DNA of 64,000 nt from Phycisphaeraceae bacterium (GCA_963674705.1 OY771506.1:4448001-4512000); one strand, 5' to 3'. Shown: positions 13,000 to 22,496, counted from the first letter of the stretch. A program made the numbers and translations. Notes: generated from the sequence alone by a model not told the origin.

Positions 13000-14047
13000 C
13001 GGTAGGTTCTGGTTTACGGGAGGGTTTCATCATTACAACCAATGCCGCTAGAGCAACCGCTCCCCCACCAATGCCAGCGATCATTTTCATCTGACCCGAT
13101 TGGCCGCTTGCCGGATTTATCAAGGCAGGTGTGGCGGAGGAAGACTGCTCTTCACCGGCCGGCTCTACTTCTATTGTCACACTAATCGGTGTGCCTTTTT
13201 CGAGTTCTTTGCCCATGAACATCCGAAACTGTTTATTCCCGGCCTTGAATGGTTCACCGGCGGTCAGGCCCACCGCTTCAACCTTGGATTCATCGTCGGG
13301 TAGGAATACCATCATCTGCTTGATCGGCGCGTCAACTGTTAATGGCAGCTTGAATACACCATTCACTGGGGCAAGCAGGTAGTTGATGTGTAATTCGTTT
13401 GTACCTGGTATTAGTGGCATACCACTGACAAGTTTGCCATCTTCAACAAGCACATTGTCAGGCGCAAAGCCTCTACCCGGTTGCACGTGGCTGGCGTGCT
13501 GTGGGATCGGCATGGTAATTGTGATCCGTTCGAGCGTTTTCTGTTCAGCTTGGTCCCCCTTTGCAGGTTGTTCAAGGTTTCCGGTTTCGTTAGCGACAAC
13601 TGAATCCCCCGCTTTATCAGCACTTGGAACCTCAACCGGCTTGCCTATGTAACTCTTCTCAGTTGGGTTTACCACCGCCCAAACCTCGGTCACATGCATT
13701 TGATCTTCCATCGGTCGAACAATCAGATGACGAACAGCGACAAACCATTCCGGTTCTACCTCAGTGGTTTCGTAGACAACTTCCGGTGCCTTGGTGACGG
13801 GTGGATGTCCCGCCGGCATCTGGCCGTGGAATCGTTTCACCGGAGGATGGCCTTGAGGCATCTCCGGTTGCCCTTGCGGCGTCTCCTGTTGCCCCCCCGA
13901 CACGGGAGGATGGCCCGGAGGCATTTGTGGAGATTGCTGTGCTTGTTCATCACCCGTGGTTTGCGTCTCTTCAGCGTGCAACGAGCCCGTGGCAAGACAC
14001 AGGGACACGGCGAGAGATAATACGAACAGGAAAGCTATGCGTATCAC
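12986..14047 (-). CDS. Periplasmic C-terminally anchored protein in the ccm operon with three MPxGHPPV repeats
   Basis: Signal peptide, MPPGHPPV/MPQGHPPV/MPAGHPPV, C-terminal TM; overlaps ccmF stop. Confidence 0.75.
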   Translation of the reverse strand: MIRIAFLFVLSLAVSLCLATGSLHAEETQTTGDEQAQQSPQMPPGHPPVSGGQQETPQGQPEMPQGHPPVKRFHGQMPAGHPPVTKAPEVVYETTEVEPEWFVAVRHLIVRPMEDQMHVTEVWAVVNPTEKSYIGKPVEVPSADKAGDSVVANETGNLEQPAKGDQAEQKTLERITITMPIPQHASHVQPGRGFAPDNVLVEDGKLVSGMPLIPGTNELHINYLLAPVNGVFKLPLTVDAPIKQMMVFLPDDESKVEAVGLTAGEPFKAGNKQFRMFMGKELEKGTPISVTIEVEPAGEEQSSSATPALINPASGQSGQMKMIAGIGGGAVALAALVVMMKPSRKPEPTGAAG

Positions 14048-16146
14048 TTGATCGGCTCCGTTTCTTTGTTACTTATATTTGTATTGATGGTTGAACTGAC
14101 TTCGCAGAGTCCTTCGCCCGCTAGCGCCAGGTGCACCGAAGCGGGCTTACGTTTATTCTGCGATGTAGATTCAGGTGAGGACATAGGACCAGGTACGGTC
14201 TGGCTCATCAAACGTGGCATCAGACAGAACACTGCCCCTATTGACATGACAATCCCACCGATCCAGATCCATGCGACCAGTGGATTAATGATCGCCTGTA
14301 TCGCAACGAGTGAACCGTCTTCATTCCAACCGCCGAGTGTCAGGTAAGTATCACGCAACCATGTGGAGTTTAGTGCAACCTGAGCGCTGGGCTGCTCGGA
14401 CTTGTCATAGAATCGCCGTTGCGGACGCAGTTCAACAGGTGTACCACCATTTGAAGGATACAGGTTGACTTGCGCTTCAACCGCGGTGTAGTTGGCCTGA
14501 CGATTTTGATGTAGGCCGGCGAAGGTGATCGTGTACCCACTGATGCTGGCAGATTCACCCGGTGAGAGTCGGAAGTTCTGCTCGACACCAAAGAGGCTGG
14601 ACCCAGCCACACCGATCATGAATAACACCATACCGATATGAACAAACTGCCCACCATACCTCCGATGGTTACCATCGATTACGTGCAGTGTCGCTGTTAC
14701 TGCCGTTTCCTCCTCAATCTTCAAACGCTGCTTGACCGCATTGGCGAGACCGACGCCTACGCTGAGGATCGACACGGTCGCTATGGCCGCACAGGCCAAC
14801 GCCCAGGGATCTGTCAAGCCTAAAGCGGGCGCTATAACCAGCACTATTGCAGCCGTGATTGCAGGGATCAGCAGCCCTTTAGCAAGGGATCGGCCGGCAT
14901 CCTTGCCATAGGTCAATAAGGGCCCAACCGCCATAACAGCTAACAGTGCCAGGCCCAATGGCAGAACAATCTTGTTGTAGAAATTGGGTCCAACAGTCAC
15001 CGGCTCGGGCAAGACCACACTGCTGATCAGCGGGAAGATCGTACCGACCAGTGTCGTCAAAGTGATGATCACTAACAGAACGTTCACCGCAAGGAACGCG
15101 CCTTCCTTAGTAAACATGCCTTCCAGCGACTTCTCGCTCTTAAGCAGCTTATGGCGCCAAATAATCACCGCCATACTGATGACCACGCACAATCCAAGGA
15201 ATACCAGGAAGAACGTCGCGACCAGCGAACCGCCAAAAGCGTGCACAGACTGAACCACACCACTACGTGTCAGGTAAGTGCCGAAGATGCAGAGCAGGAA
15301 AGTCACCGAAATCAGCACCGCGTTCCAGGTCTTAAACATACCACGCTGCTGCTGGATCATGATCGAATGCAATAGTGCGGTGCCGGTCAGCCAGGGCAGG
15401 AGCGATGCATTTTCGACGGGGTCCCACGCCCAGTAGCCGCCCCAGCCCAACTCGATATATGCCCACTTAGCACCTAAGAGGATCCCGATGGTCAGGAACA
15501 GCCAAGACACCATCAGCCATTTACGTGTCGCACCGATCCACTGGTTATCTTTTCGCCCAGCGATCAAAGCCGCCAAGAGCATCGCCCAGGGGATTGTGTA
15601 CGCGGCATAACCGACGAACAGTAACGGCGGGTGGATGATCATGTACGGGTCTTGAAGCAATGGATTAAGACCACGGCCATCTACTGCCCTCACCGGTAAC
15701 TGCTCAAATGGATTGGCTGCGAACAACATCAAGGCCGCAAAGAATCCGCAGACCATTGCCAGTATCCTGATCATCACAGCCTGCTCGATGGTTTCACGCT
15801 TACTGTAGCTATACACTGCAACAGCACTCATACCCGCCAGCAACAGTGTCCAAAGCATCAGGCTGCCTTCCTGGCCGGCCCAGAAAGCAGCGATCTTATA
15901 GCCGGTGGGTAAAGCTTTTTCTGTATAGCTGGCGACGTATGCGTTCTGGAAGTCGCTGTTAATCAAGGCCGACAAGAGCGACCAACAGCTAAGCACAATC
16001 ATCACAACGTAAACATAAATCAACCGTCTTGCCCAGAGCAGCGCACCAGTCAGTCCATCCTTAGCCGCAAGCGCAGAGCAAAAAAACGCTCCAGCAGCTA
16101 TGAGCATCGCCCCAATCAAGCTGATGTAACCCATATCTGCTGTCAT
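14044..16146 (-). CDS. ccmF: Cytochrome c heme lyase CcmF
   Basis: WAGQEGSL, GLNPLLQ, IHPPLL, WGGYWAWDPVENAS, LTRSGVVQSVHAF. Confidence 0.95.
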   Translation of the reverse strand: MTADMGYISLIGAMLIAAGAFFCSALAAKDGLTGALLWARRLIYVYVVMIVLSCWSLLSALINSDFQNAYVASYTEKALPTGYKIAAFWAGQEGSLMLWTLLLAGMSAVAVYSYSKRETIEQAVMIRILAMVCGFFAALMLFAANPFEQLPVRAVDGRGLNPLLQDPYMIIHPPLLFVGYAAYTIPWAMLLAALIAGRKDNQWIGATRKWLMVSWLFLTIGILLGAKWAYIELGWGGYWAWDPVENASLLPWLTGTALLHSIMIQQQRGMFKTWNAVLISVTFLLCIFGTYLTRSGVVQSVHAFGGSLVATFFLVFLGLCVVISMAVIIWRHKLLKSEKSLEGMFTKEGAFLAVNVLLVIITLTTLVGTIFPLISSVVLPEPVTVGPNFYNKIVLPLGLALLAVMAVGPLLTYGKDAGRSLAKGLLIPAITAAIVLVIAPALGLTDPWALACAAIATVSILSVGVGLANAVKQRLKIEEETAVTATLHVIDGNHRRYGGQFVHIGMVLFMIGVAGSSLFGVEQNFRLSPGESASISGYTITFAGLHQNRQANYTAVEAQVNLYPSNGGTPVELRPQRRFYDKSEQPSAQVALNSTWLRDTYLTLGGWNEDGSLVAIQAIINPLVAWIWIGGIVMSIGAVFCLMPRLMSQTVPGPMSSPESTSQNKRKPASVHLALAGEGLCEVSSTINTNISNKETEPIK

Positions 16147-16559
16147 TGGATCGCCTCAATACGCTTTTCGTGTTCTTCTGACTGGTATTTGCTGGCACAT
16201 TTGGTCATCAGCGTGTCAGCCTGAAAGACACCGACTTCATCGAGTTTGCCCTCGACCATCACCTCACAACCAGGTTTGAAGGTATCCGGAACGACGCCTT
16301 CAAAATGGACCGGCACGCTATTGCTGGTGCCGCGCAGATCAAATGACGCCGTAAGCATGGCCGGTTGAACCTCAACTTTGTCTTCGTCCACCAGGCCATA
16401 CAACCGGACACGACGATGCTGGTAGCTGTCGTCCAGGACGAAGTCATCTACGTGCATGTAGTAGACCCAGCCGCTCTTGACTCCCGCGACGGCCAGGTAA
16501 CTTACCGAGGCGACCAATACCAGCCCCACAATCAACATTTTGATACGAACGTGTGTCAT
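16143..16559 (-). CDS. ccmE: Heme chaperone CcmE, CxxxY (System I*) variant
   Basis: VYY, VRLYGLV, GVVPDTFKPG, EGKL, LMTKCASKY; ATG 16559 preferred over the ORF-track start. Confidence 0.92.
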   Translation of the reverse strand: MTHVRIKMLIVGLVLVASVSYLAVAGVKSGWVYYMHVDDFVLDDSYQHRRVRLYGLVDEDKVEVQPAMLTASFDLRGTSNSVPVHFEGVVPDTFKPGCEVMVEGKLDEVGVFQADTLMTKCASKYQSEEHEKRIEAIQ

Positions 16560-16596
16560 AGCCCGTCCCTTTACACAAAGTTCCGGGATACATATC

Positions 16597-16611
16597 ACAA
16601 AGTCGATGCCA
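16597..16611 (-). promoter_or_regulatory. Possible sigma54 promoter for the ccm operon (imperfect -12)
   Basis: TGGCATCGACTTTGT: GG-N10-GT instead of GC, about 40 bp upstream of ccmE. Confidence 0.4.
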
Positions 16612-16717
16612 AACCATTTTTCGATGAAACCAAGGCATCCGGAATGTAAATGTACTGTAAATAAAGTACTTGCGACACAGACGTCGGATCCTCGCCTACC
16701 GGATGTCGCCCCCCGAA

Positions 16718-16731
16718 TCTCAAGGTTGAGA
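16718..16731. promoter_or_regulatory. TCTCA-N4-TGAGA palindrome, putative activator site
   Basis: TCTCAAGGTTGAGA between divergent ccm and tetraheme promoters; same motif at 33182 and 37180. Confidence 0.65.
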
Positions 16732-16908
16732 ATCAGAATTCAGGGTCCATCCTGCCACCGGGAAGATGGGCCATTTAGCACAGATAGCTGTATTCCAATC
16801 TCCGGGAATTCCGATTCCCCTGCTTTCTTACTGTTGGGTAACAGCTAACTAATGAGTGTTTTGGAGGGCCGATTTCAGGCTAAAAAAGGCACATTATCTT
16901 TTATTGGG

Positions 16909-16924
16909 TGGTACAGCTCTTGCA
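16909..16924 (+). promoter_or_regulatory. sigma54 -24/-12 promoter of the OmcE-like tetraheme gene
   Basis: TGGTACAGCTCTTGCA = GG-N10-GC with TTGCA. Confidence 0.72.
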
Positions 16925-17227
16925 TTAGGTACCGGAGAAGGTCTCTATTTAAAGCGAGAAACACATGTCCACCATTCAGGCACAATCAGGTCCCATCGGG
17001 ACACCATCACTTGAAAGGGCGCCACCGGGTGGGCGGGATTGGATTGAGAGACGCCGGTCGCCTTGAGGGGGGGCCGGCCCAGTGATCTGTTCTTTGAATC
17101 GTGAATTTACCCAGTTTGAAAAATAAGACGCCCCGGCCGAAACGCCTACACGCATGACACGGCAAGCGAATCGAACCGAGGCGACAGCCACTTAGGCCAA
17201 AAACATCATATGTAAGGAGAGGCCTCA

Positions 17228-17833
17228 ATGAAAACAAAACTACTCGTCGGAGCAATCGCGGTGGCGGGTCTTGCGTTCGGGATGAACGGCACATCATATG
17301 CCGCCCACTCGGACCATGGCTGCGTTAACTGCCATATGCCCCACAAGTCCGGCGACCCAACTGATCCCGATGCCTACGGTGTGCCCCTGTGGAGCACCGC
17401 CCAGACAGCGGATGGATTGCCGACCTTCGATCTGTACACCAGCGCCAGCTTAGACGCGACAGACGTCAGCCAGCCCAGTGGCCCCAGCAAGCTATGCCTG
17501 GGTTGCCACGACGGCAGCTACGCCGTCTTCAGCTACATCCCCGACTCCGAAGCCATCTTCGAGACCGGCGATCTGGCCAGCTCGCACCCGATTTCGTTCA
17601 CCTATGACGACGCACTGGCAACTGCTGACGGTGGTCTGAAGCAACCCAGCACCGTAACCTCGGGCCTGGGCGGCACCATCGCCGAAGACCTGCTCGACTC
17701 ACAGGGCAAGATGCAGTGCACCAGCTGCCATGATGTTCACACCAGCGGACACGGCGATTACTTGTTGAAGTATGACATCGACGCCGCCTCCGAACATGAA
17801 GCCCTGCTCTGCCGGGCTTGTCACAACAAATAA
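17228..17833 (+). CDS. Secreted tetraheme cytochrome c, OmcE-like (candidate filament subunit)
   Basis: Signal peptide; CVNCH, CLGCH, CTSCH, CRACH; OmcE-type pattern CHxPH..PLW..FxLYxS..SxLCxxCHDG..DLxxxHPxxF..CxSCHxVH..LCxxCH at extreme C-terminus; SD TAAGGAGAGG. Confidence 0.85.
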   Translation: MKTKLLVGAIAVAGLAFGMNGTSYAAHSDHGCVNCHMPHKSGDPTDPDAYGVPLWSTAQTADGLPTFDLYTSASLDATDVSQPSGPSKLCLGCHDGSYAVFSYIPDSEAIFETGDLASSHPISFTYDDALATADGGLKQPSTVTSGLGGTIAEDLLDSQGKMQCTSCHDVHTSGHGDYLLKYDIDAASEHEALLCRACHNK

Positions 17834-17867
17834 GTTCAATCCGTTTCGAGCAGCGTAGAGACCAAAT

Positions 17868-17908
17868 CAAAACGGGGCCCGTTCACTTGGCGGGCCCCGT
17901 TTGTTTTT
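17868..17908. terminator. Bidirectional intrinsic terminator
   Basis: AAACGGGGCCCG/CGGGCCCCGTTT stem with A-run before and T-run after, between convergent genes. Confidence 0.8.
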
Positions 17909-17941
17909 AATCTTGCAGACTAGCGTGTATAAGTGCTTCGC

Positions 17942-19036
17942 TTACGGATTCTTCATCTTCCCAAATGCGTAAACGCCGATCTTATTGTCGCCGAATTGAT
18001 TCGCCAGGAATATCAAGTATTCCGGCTCAAATCCCGGGGCCATATATTCCCTGTATAAATCAATACTGGAGCGGTCGATTGTAATCCCCGCAGGCAATCC
18101 CATCCTATCCGGACCGTCTGTAGCGCCGCCAAAAAAGAGCAGTGTTTGGCCTTCAGGGTTGAATAGCTGAACGATTTCCCATTGGGCGTCGGCAATATAG
18201 ATCACGCCATCAGGATCGATCGCAATGCCCTTGGGACGAGCGAAGTAGCCCGGGCGGTCGCCAGGCTCACCGATAAGTTTAAGTAGATTCCCTTCAGGAT
18301 TGAATACCTTGACTGTGCTGAGTTCTGAGTCGACAACGTAGATATTCCCGTCCGGTCCAATAGCAAGATTCGTTGGATAGCGAAGCTGATCCGGCTCGCG
18401 CCCTTTGCTGGAGAAGCTACGAAGCAACTCGCCGCTGGATTTAGACCAGACTTCGATCTTGCACTGCTTGATGTTACAGACATACAACTGATCACCGTCA
18501 ATAGCTACATCAATCGGCACACAACGGACAGGATCACCCATTGCACGGACAAAGCGGTCATTGGCATCAAACACCAGAATCTGTGACTTCTGAGGATGAG
18601 TATCACAGATATACTTCGTGCCGTCCTTGTCGATAGTGATATTGACCGGGCCAAAGAAGCTGTCTTCCTGACCCAAGCGTGAATAGGTCTTGTTCGCCAA
18701 GTCGTAGATATGCACGCAATGTAACGGGATGTCGCAGACATACAGCTTCTGATTGTAGACGGCCAGACCATAAGGCCCGTGCATCTTGTGCGGTGCTTCG
18801 GTCTGCTGCTTATCACCCACAACAAAATCGGCAAAAGAGCTCTTTTTAATCATCCAGCGCTCGGCGTCGCTGAAACTGGTCAGGAACTGCAAACGAGGTT
18901 CAGAAGGCGGCGGCGGGTAGAAGATGGCGTTAGTCTCGACAGTAACCTCCTGCGGAGCTGAGGTACAGCCGCCGACACCTGATAAGACCCACAGCGTGAG
19001 TGAGACAATTAATAACATTCGGGTCCATGCGTTCAT
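17942..19036 (-). CDS. NHL-repeat beta-propeller lipoprotein
   Basis: Lipobox-like VGGC; FYPPPPSEPRLQF; NHL repeats (LRYPTNLAIGPDGNIYVVD, FARPKGIAIDPDGVIYIAD). Confidence 0.88.
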   Translation of the reverse strand: MNAWTRMLLIVSLTLWVLSGVGGCTSAPQEVTVETNAIFYPPPPSEPRLQFLTSFSDAERWMIKKSSFADFVVGDKQQTEAPHKMHGPYGLAVYNQKLYVCDIPLHCVHIYDLANKTYSRLGQEDSFFGPVNITIDKDGTKYICDTHPQKSQILVFDANDRFVRAMGDPVRCVPIDVAIDGDQLYVCNIKQCKIEVWSKSSGELLRSFSSKGREPDQLRYPTNLAIGPDGNIYVVDSELSTVKVFNPEGNLLKLIGEPGDRPGYFARPKGIAIDPDGVIYIADAQWEIVQLFNPEGQTLLFFGGATDGPDRMGLPAGITIDRSSIDLYREYMAPGFEPEYLIFLANQFGDNKIGVYAFGKMKNP

Positions 19037-19107
19037 ATCTGATCTCCTGCGGGTCTACCCCTGACATAATGTTCGTGTGTACCGAAAGCTTCGATCCATA
19101 TATCTAC

Positions 19108-19123
19108 TGCAACTGTTGTTCCA
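19108..19123 (-). promoter_or_regulatory. sigma54 promoter of the NHL lipoprotein gene
   Basis: Minus strand TGGAACAACAGTTGCA = GG-N10-GC. Confidence 0.7.
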
Positions 19124-19162
19124 GCAGAAAACCCACTTCACGAGACACAGTCAGCATCTGTC

Positions 19163-19178
19163 TCTCATTTTTAAGAAT
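19163..19178. promoter_or_regulatory. Degenerate TCTCA-N4-TGAGA site
   Basis: TCTCATTTTTAAGAAT (one mismatch) between two divergent sigma54 promoters. Confidence 0.5.
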
Positions 19179-19280
19179 AATCGCCCAAACGAAACTGCAG
19201 ATTCTATTTGAAACTATACGTAAACTCTTGGCATACAACAAGATTCGCCGATCAATATCATCGCGGGTAGTAGTCCCAGT

Positions 19281-19296
19281 CGGCACAGACTTTGCC
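19281..19296 (+). promoter_or_regulatory. sigma54 promoter of the decaheme-porin-NHL-12-heme operon
   Basis: CGGCACAGACTTTGCC = GG-N10-GC. Confidence 0.7.
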
Positions 19297-19321
19297 TTAT
19301 ATCGGTGGAGAGGCTGCGCTT

Positions 19322-20485
19322 ATGACGTTTGGCAAACTGAGATACAACAAAGCGGGCTGCGACCATGCCTATGTCGGTGGTGTCCGCTGTGTGATGTGCT
19401 CATTTTGCAGAATCATGCCCATTCTCGTAGTCGTGCTGTGCTTCGTTCTAATCTTCCTGACAGGCTGCCAGGACGAAGTACAGCGATACAAGACGCTGAG
19501 TTTCTTCTTCGATGGCGTGCCAGTGCCGGAGGGTTACGATCCACCCCATAAAACCGAGGAACTGATCGGGCCTTGGGGTGTAGCCATCCCGGCAGACAGT
19601 GACCTTGGCAGGCAGATGCTGGCCGAACGAGATGCCTGGCCAGACCAACAGTCAACACAAGTGACGGAAGAAGTTTTCTTCTATCACACACCGTATCAGA
19701 AACGAGACTGCTTCGGATGCCACAATGAAGAGCAGGGATATACCCCACCGACTACCGGGGCCGAACTTTGCAGCAAGTGCCACGAATCCTACATCGAGTT
19801 TGAGCAAGACGACTGGGTTCATGGCCCCGTCGTGGTTGGTAAGTGTGGTTGGTGCCACGAGGCCCACAAATCTGAATACCCCTCGCTGACCAAAGAAGCC
19901 CAGCCCGATCTTTGCATGACCTGCCACGATCCGTACTTCATTGAAAGCGATCAATTCCATGCCGGCCTTGAGGATAAGCAGTGCTCACGGTGCCATGATC
20001 CGCATGCATCAGGCAACCGTCTTCTTCTTGCTGATTCCCGTACGTACGAGCGTCGTCAAGCGACCTTTGCATTGTTGCCTTCTCCCCACGCAGGCTGGCC
20101 CAAGGACCTGTGCAGTAAATGCCACATCCCCGAGCAGTCCAATGCCTTGACTGAAGATGTCGATTCAACCTGCATTTCGTGCCACGATGAATACACAGCG
20201 GATAACACCGAATCGACTCATATTCATGAAGCGGTTACACAAGGCAAATGCACAGCCTGCCACATGCCACACCGCTCAACAATGCCGAAACTGATCCGCG
20301 CTGATGCGGAAAAGATGTGTTATCAGTGTCACAAACCAGAAGAATTACAGAACGGTAAACACCCAAATGTCACACGTGTGGATTGCCTGATCTGCCATAA
20401 CGGTCACAGTTCTCCTCGGCCTTCGCTGCTCAAACAAGATATTCCTGGCGGCGCCCAACAGGCAAAGGCAGGTGTTGAGCCATGA
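19322..20485 (+). CDS. Decaheme cytochrome c lipoprotein
   Basis: 10 CxxCH; lipobox LTGC; TLSFFFDGVP; paired CxxCHxxH repeats; start 19322 (SD GGAGAGG) or 19394. Confidence 0.9.
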   Translation: MTFGKLRYNKAGCDHAYVGGVRCVMCSFCRIMPILVVVLCFVLIFLTGCQDEVQRYKTLSFFFDGVPVPEGYDPPHKTEELIGPWGVAIPADSDLGRQMLAERDAWPDQQSTQVTEEVFFYHTPYQKRDCFGCHNEEQGYTPPTTGAELCSKCHESYIEFEQDDWVHGPVVVGKCGWCHEAHKSEYPSLTKEAQPDLCMTCHDPYFIESDQFHAGLEDKQCSRCHDPHASGNRLLLADSRTYERRQATFALLPSPHAGWPKDLCSKCHIPEQSNALTEDVDSTCISCHDEYTADNTESTHIHEAVTQGKCTACHMPHRSTMPKLIRADAEKMCYQCHKPEELQNGKHPNVTRVDCLICHNGHSSPRPSLLKQDIPGGAQQAKAGVEP

Positions 20486-22485
20486 GCCTGCATCTGCCGC
20501 GATCAGTTGGTGTCTTGGTGCTTCTGATGTTTCCGTCGATAACGGCGCATGCTCAGTCGACCGCACCAATCCAGCCCATGAACATCACCGGGTTTGAAGG
20601 CGACCTGTTATTCACCGGACACTACCGGATCGACGAAGAAACCAGCGGCAATGGTCAGGTGACCGAAGAAAAAGATATATTCTTCCGTGAAGAGCTTGGT
20701 TTGAGATCCAGTGGTTACTTTTATCACCCCAATCTGGTCGATTGGAGCGCCGGTCTCAGACTCGGCCTGACACAGCAACGTATCGACATTAATAACGAAA
20801 GCTACGACTCCGACGGCGACATTTTCGGATACAACCTCAATGCGCTATTCCTGAAGGAAAAGCCCGTCTCTGTACGTGCCTATGCCAGAAAAACAGACGA
20901 CTTCATAGATCGCAGCTTTGCCCGGCAGATCGAGTTAAAAACGCGCGTCGAGGGCGCCGAGGTTTACATCAAAGGGCAGACACCCATCACACTTCTGTTT
21001 GAACAAAGCGACATCTATGAAGAATCAGACATAAGAACCGACGATGAGACTTCAGACTTGTTCCGCTTCCAGATGATAGATGCACGCAATCCGGATCTGT
21101 TTTCCGAACTGGTTTATGAACATGAGGATGTTGATAAGACAGCAACGTTCTTCCTGGACGGTGAACCCCCGGTGATCCAGGACCTGCCCGACCGTCGAGA
21201 TGAAGTCAGGCTTACAAACAGATGGCGGTTCCCGGATGGCGACCTGACGCACTCTTTATATGGCCATTTACGCCTGCTACGACGACGTGGGGCATTCAAC
21301 AACGATCTTGCCAGCTTCAACCAACGCCTGGATCTACAGCACAGTGATACACTCACTACGTTCTACCGGATTCAAGCATTAACTGATGATACGGACACTC
21401 AGAAAGAAGACCTGCTGGAAGGCGAAGTCGGCTTTATCAAGCAGTACTATCAGAGTTTGTCCGTGACCGGCCGTGTCTTTGCCACGGATAACAAGTTCGA
21501 CAGCAGTGAAGAGCAGAGCTACGGTACCTTCTTTGACTTCGACTATCGTAAAAACACCCCTGTGGGGCGATATAACGCAAGCCTAGGGGTCGGAACGGAT
21601 TTTCAAGACCAGAGTTCAGATTCCGGGTTTAGGAGTATACGAGATGAAGCCGTCGTTCTGGCTGGCGTGACGCCGCAGCAGTTGAGTGAGCCAAACGTCG
21701 TTCCTGGATCGGTTGTGGTTACCGATGTTAATAATGCGGTCACCTTTATTGAAGGCGTGGATTACACGCTTCAGCAATTCGGCCAATTTACTGAGATCGT
21801 GCGATTGGTTACCGGGTCGATCGTCGATGGTCAGCTCGTACTGGTAGATTACGAGGTTGAAGCGGCCGAAAACGCCAACATTCAGACTAACAGGATCCAT
21901 CTTCGTCAACGTCTTCAGATTCAAGACACTCCGTTTGCTTTACTCACTGAATACCGTTTGCGTGACGAAAAACTGCTTTCTGGAGATGATCCCGGGAATC
22001 TTGATCGGCAGGAAATAATCATGTTCGGCTTGGAGTACCATGAAGACCCGTTTACGATTGTCGGCGAATACGAACAGCGCGACCAGCGCCTCTCACCATC
22101 TTCCGTCTCGTATCTTGTTCGAGGCACCTATGACCAGGTATTCAACGACACGATGACCACGACTATCGGCGCTGATTATGAAAACCTGGATTACACCGAT
22201 GCCGAAGACTTCGACCTGGAACCGGGCCGGGACTTTTTAGATCGCTACGGCGTATTTGCTCATACAACAGTCAAATTGCGGCGGGACCTGCTTACACGAT
22301 TCGAAGCCAGCTACAACGATATGAAAGGCAGAGACAACAATAAGCTGGCACGTATCGGAGCATCGTTGAACTATCGGCGTGGGAATCTTAACTTCACGAT
22401 CAGCGGTTACCATGAGGAGTACGAACAGGAAGATGAAACCGGTGATAATGATGTAATCCGCTTCACGCTCAGGCGTTCCTTTTAA
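20482..22485 (+). CDS. Outer-membrane beta-barrel protein (putative porin of a porin-cytochrome or secretion complex)
   Basis: Signal peptide, alternating amphipathic strands, C-terminal IRFTLRRSF; ATGA-coupled to the decaheme gene. Confidence 0.75.
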   Translation: MSLHLPRSVGVLVLLMFPSITAHAQSTAPIQPMNITGFEGDLLFTGHYRIDEETSGNGQVTEEKDIFFREELGLRSSGYFYHPNLVDWSAGLRLGLTQQRIDINNESYDSDGDIFGYNLNALFLKEKPVSVRAYARKTDDFIDRSFARQIELKTRVEGAEVYIKGQTPITLLFEQSDIYEESDIRTDDETSDLFRFQMIDARNPDLFSELVYEHEDVDKTATFFLDGEPPVIQDLPDRRDEVRLTNRWRFPDGDLTHSLYGHLRLLRRRGAFNNDLASFNQRLDLQHSDTLTTFYRIQALTDDTDTQKEDLLEGEVGFIKQYYQSLSVTGRVFATDNKFDSSEEQSYGTFFDFDYRKNTPVGRYNASLGVGTDFQDQSSDSGFRSIRDEAVVLAGVTPQQLSEPNVVPGSVVVTDVNNAVTFIEGVDYTLQQFGQFTEIVRLVTGSIVDGQLVLVDYEVEAAENANIQTNRIHLRQRLQIQDTPFALLTEYRLRDEKLLSGDDPGNLDRQEIIMFGLEYHEDPFTIVGEYEQRDQRLSPSSVSYLVRGTYDQVFNDTMTTTIGADYENLDYTDAEDFDLEPGRDFLDRYGVFAHTTVKLRRDLLTRFEASYNDMKGRDNNKLARIGASLNYRRGNLNFTISGYHEEYEQEDETGDNDVIRFTLRRSF

Positions 22486-22496
22486 AGGTGTCATGC

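Noticed and set aside
16935..17227. Cyclic di-GMP/cGAMP (GEMM) riboswitch before the tetraheme gene
   Set aside because: Could not find the characteristic P2 tetraloop/receptor and GCAAAGC/GGAAAGC core by eye
20482..22485. Calling the barrel and decaheme MtrB/MtrA
   Set aside because: No MtrB N-terminal CxxC, and the decaheme is a lipoprotein with different heme spacing; orthology not supportable by eye
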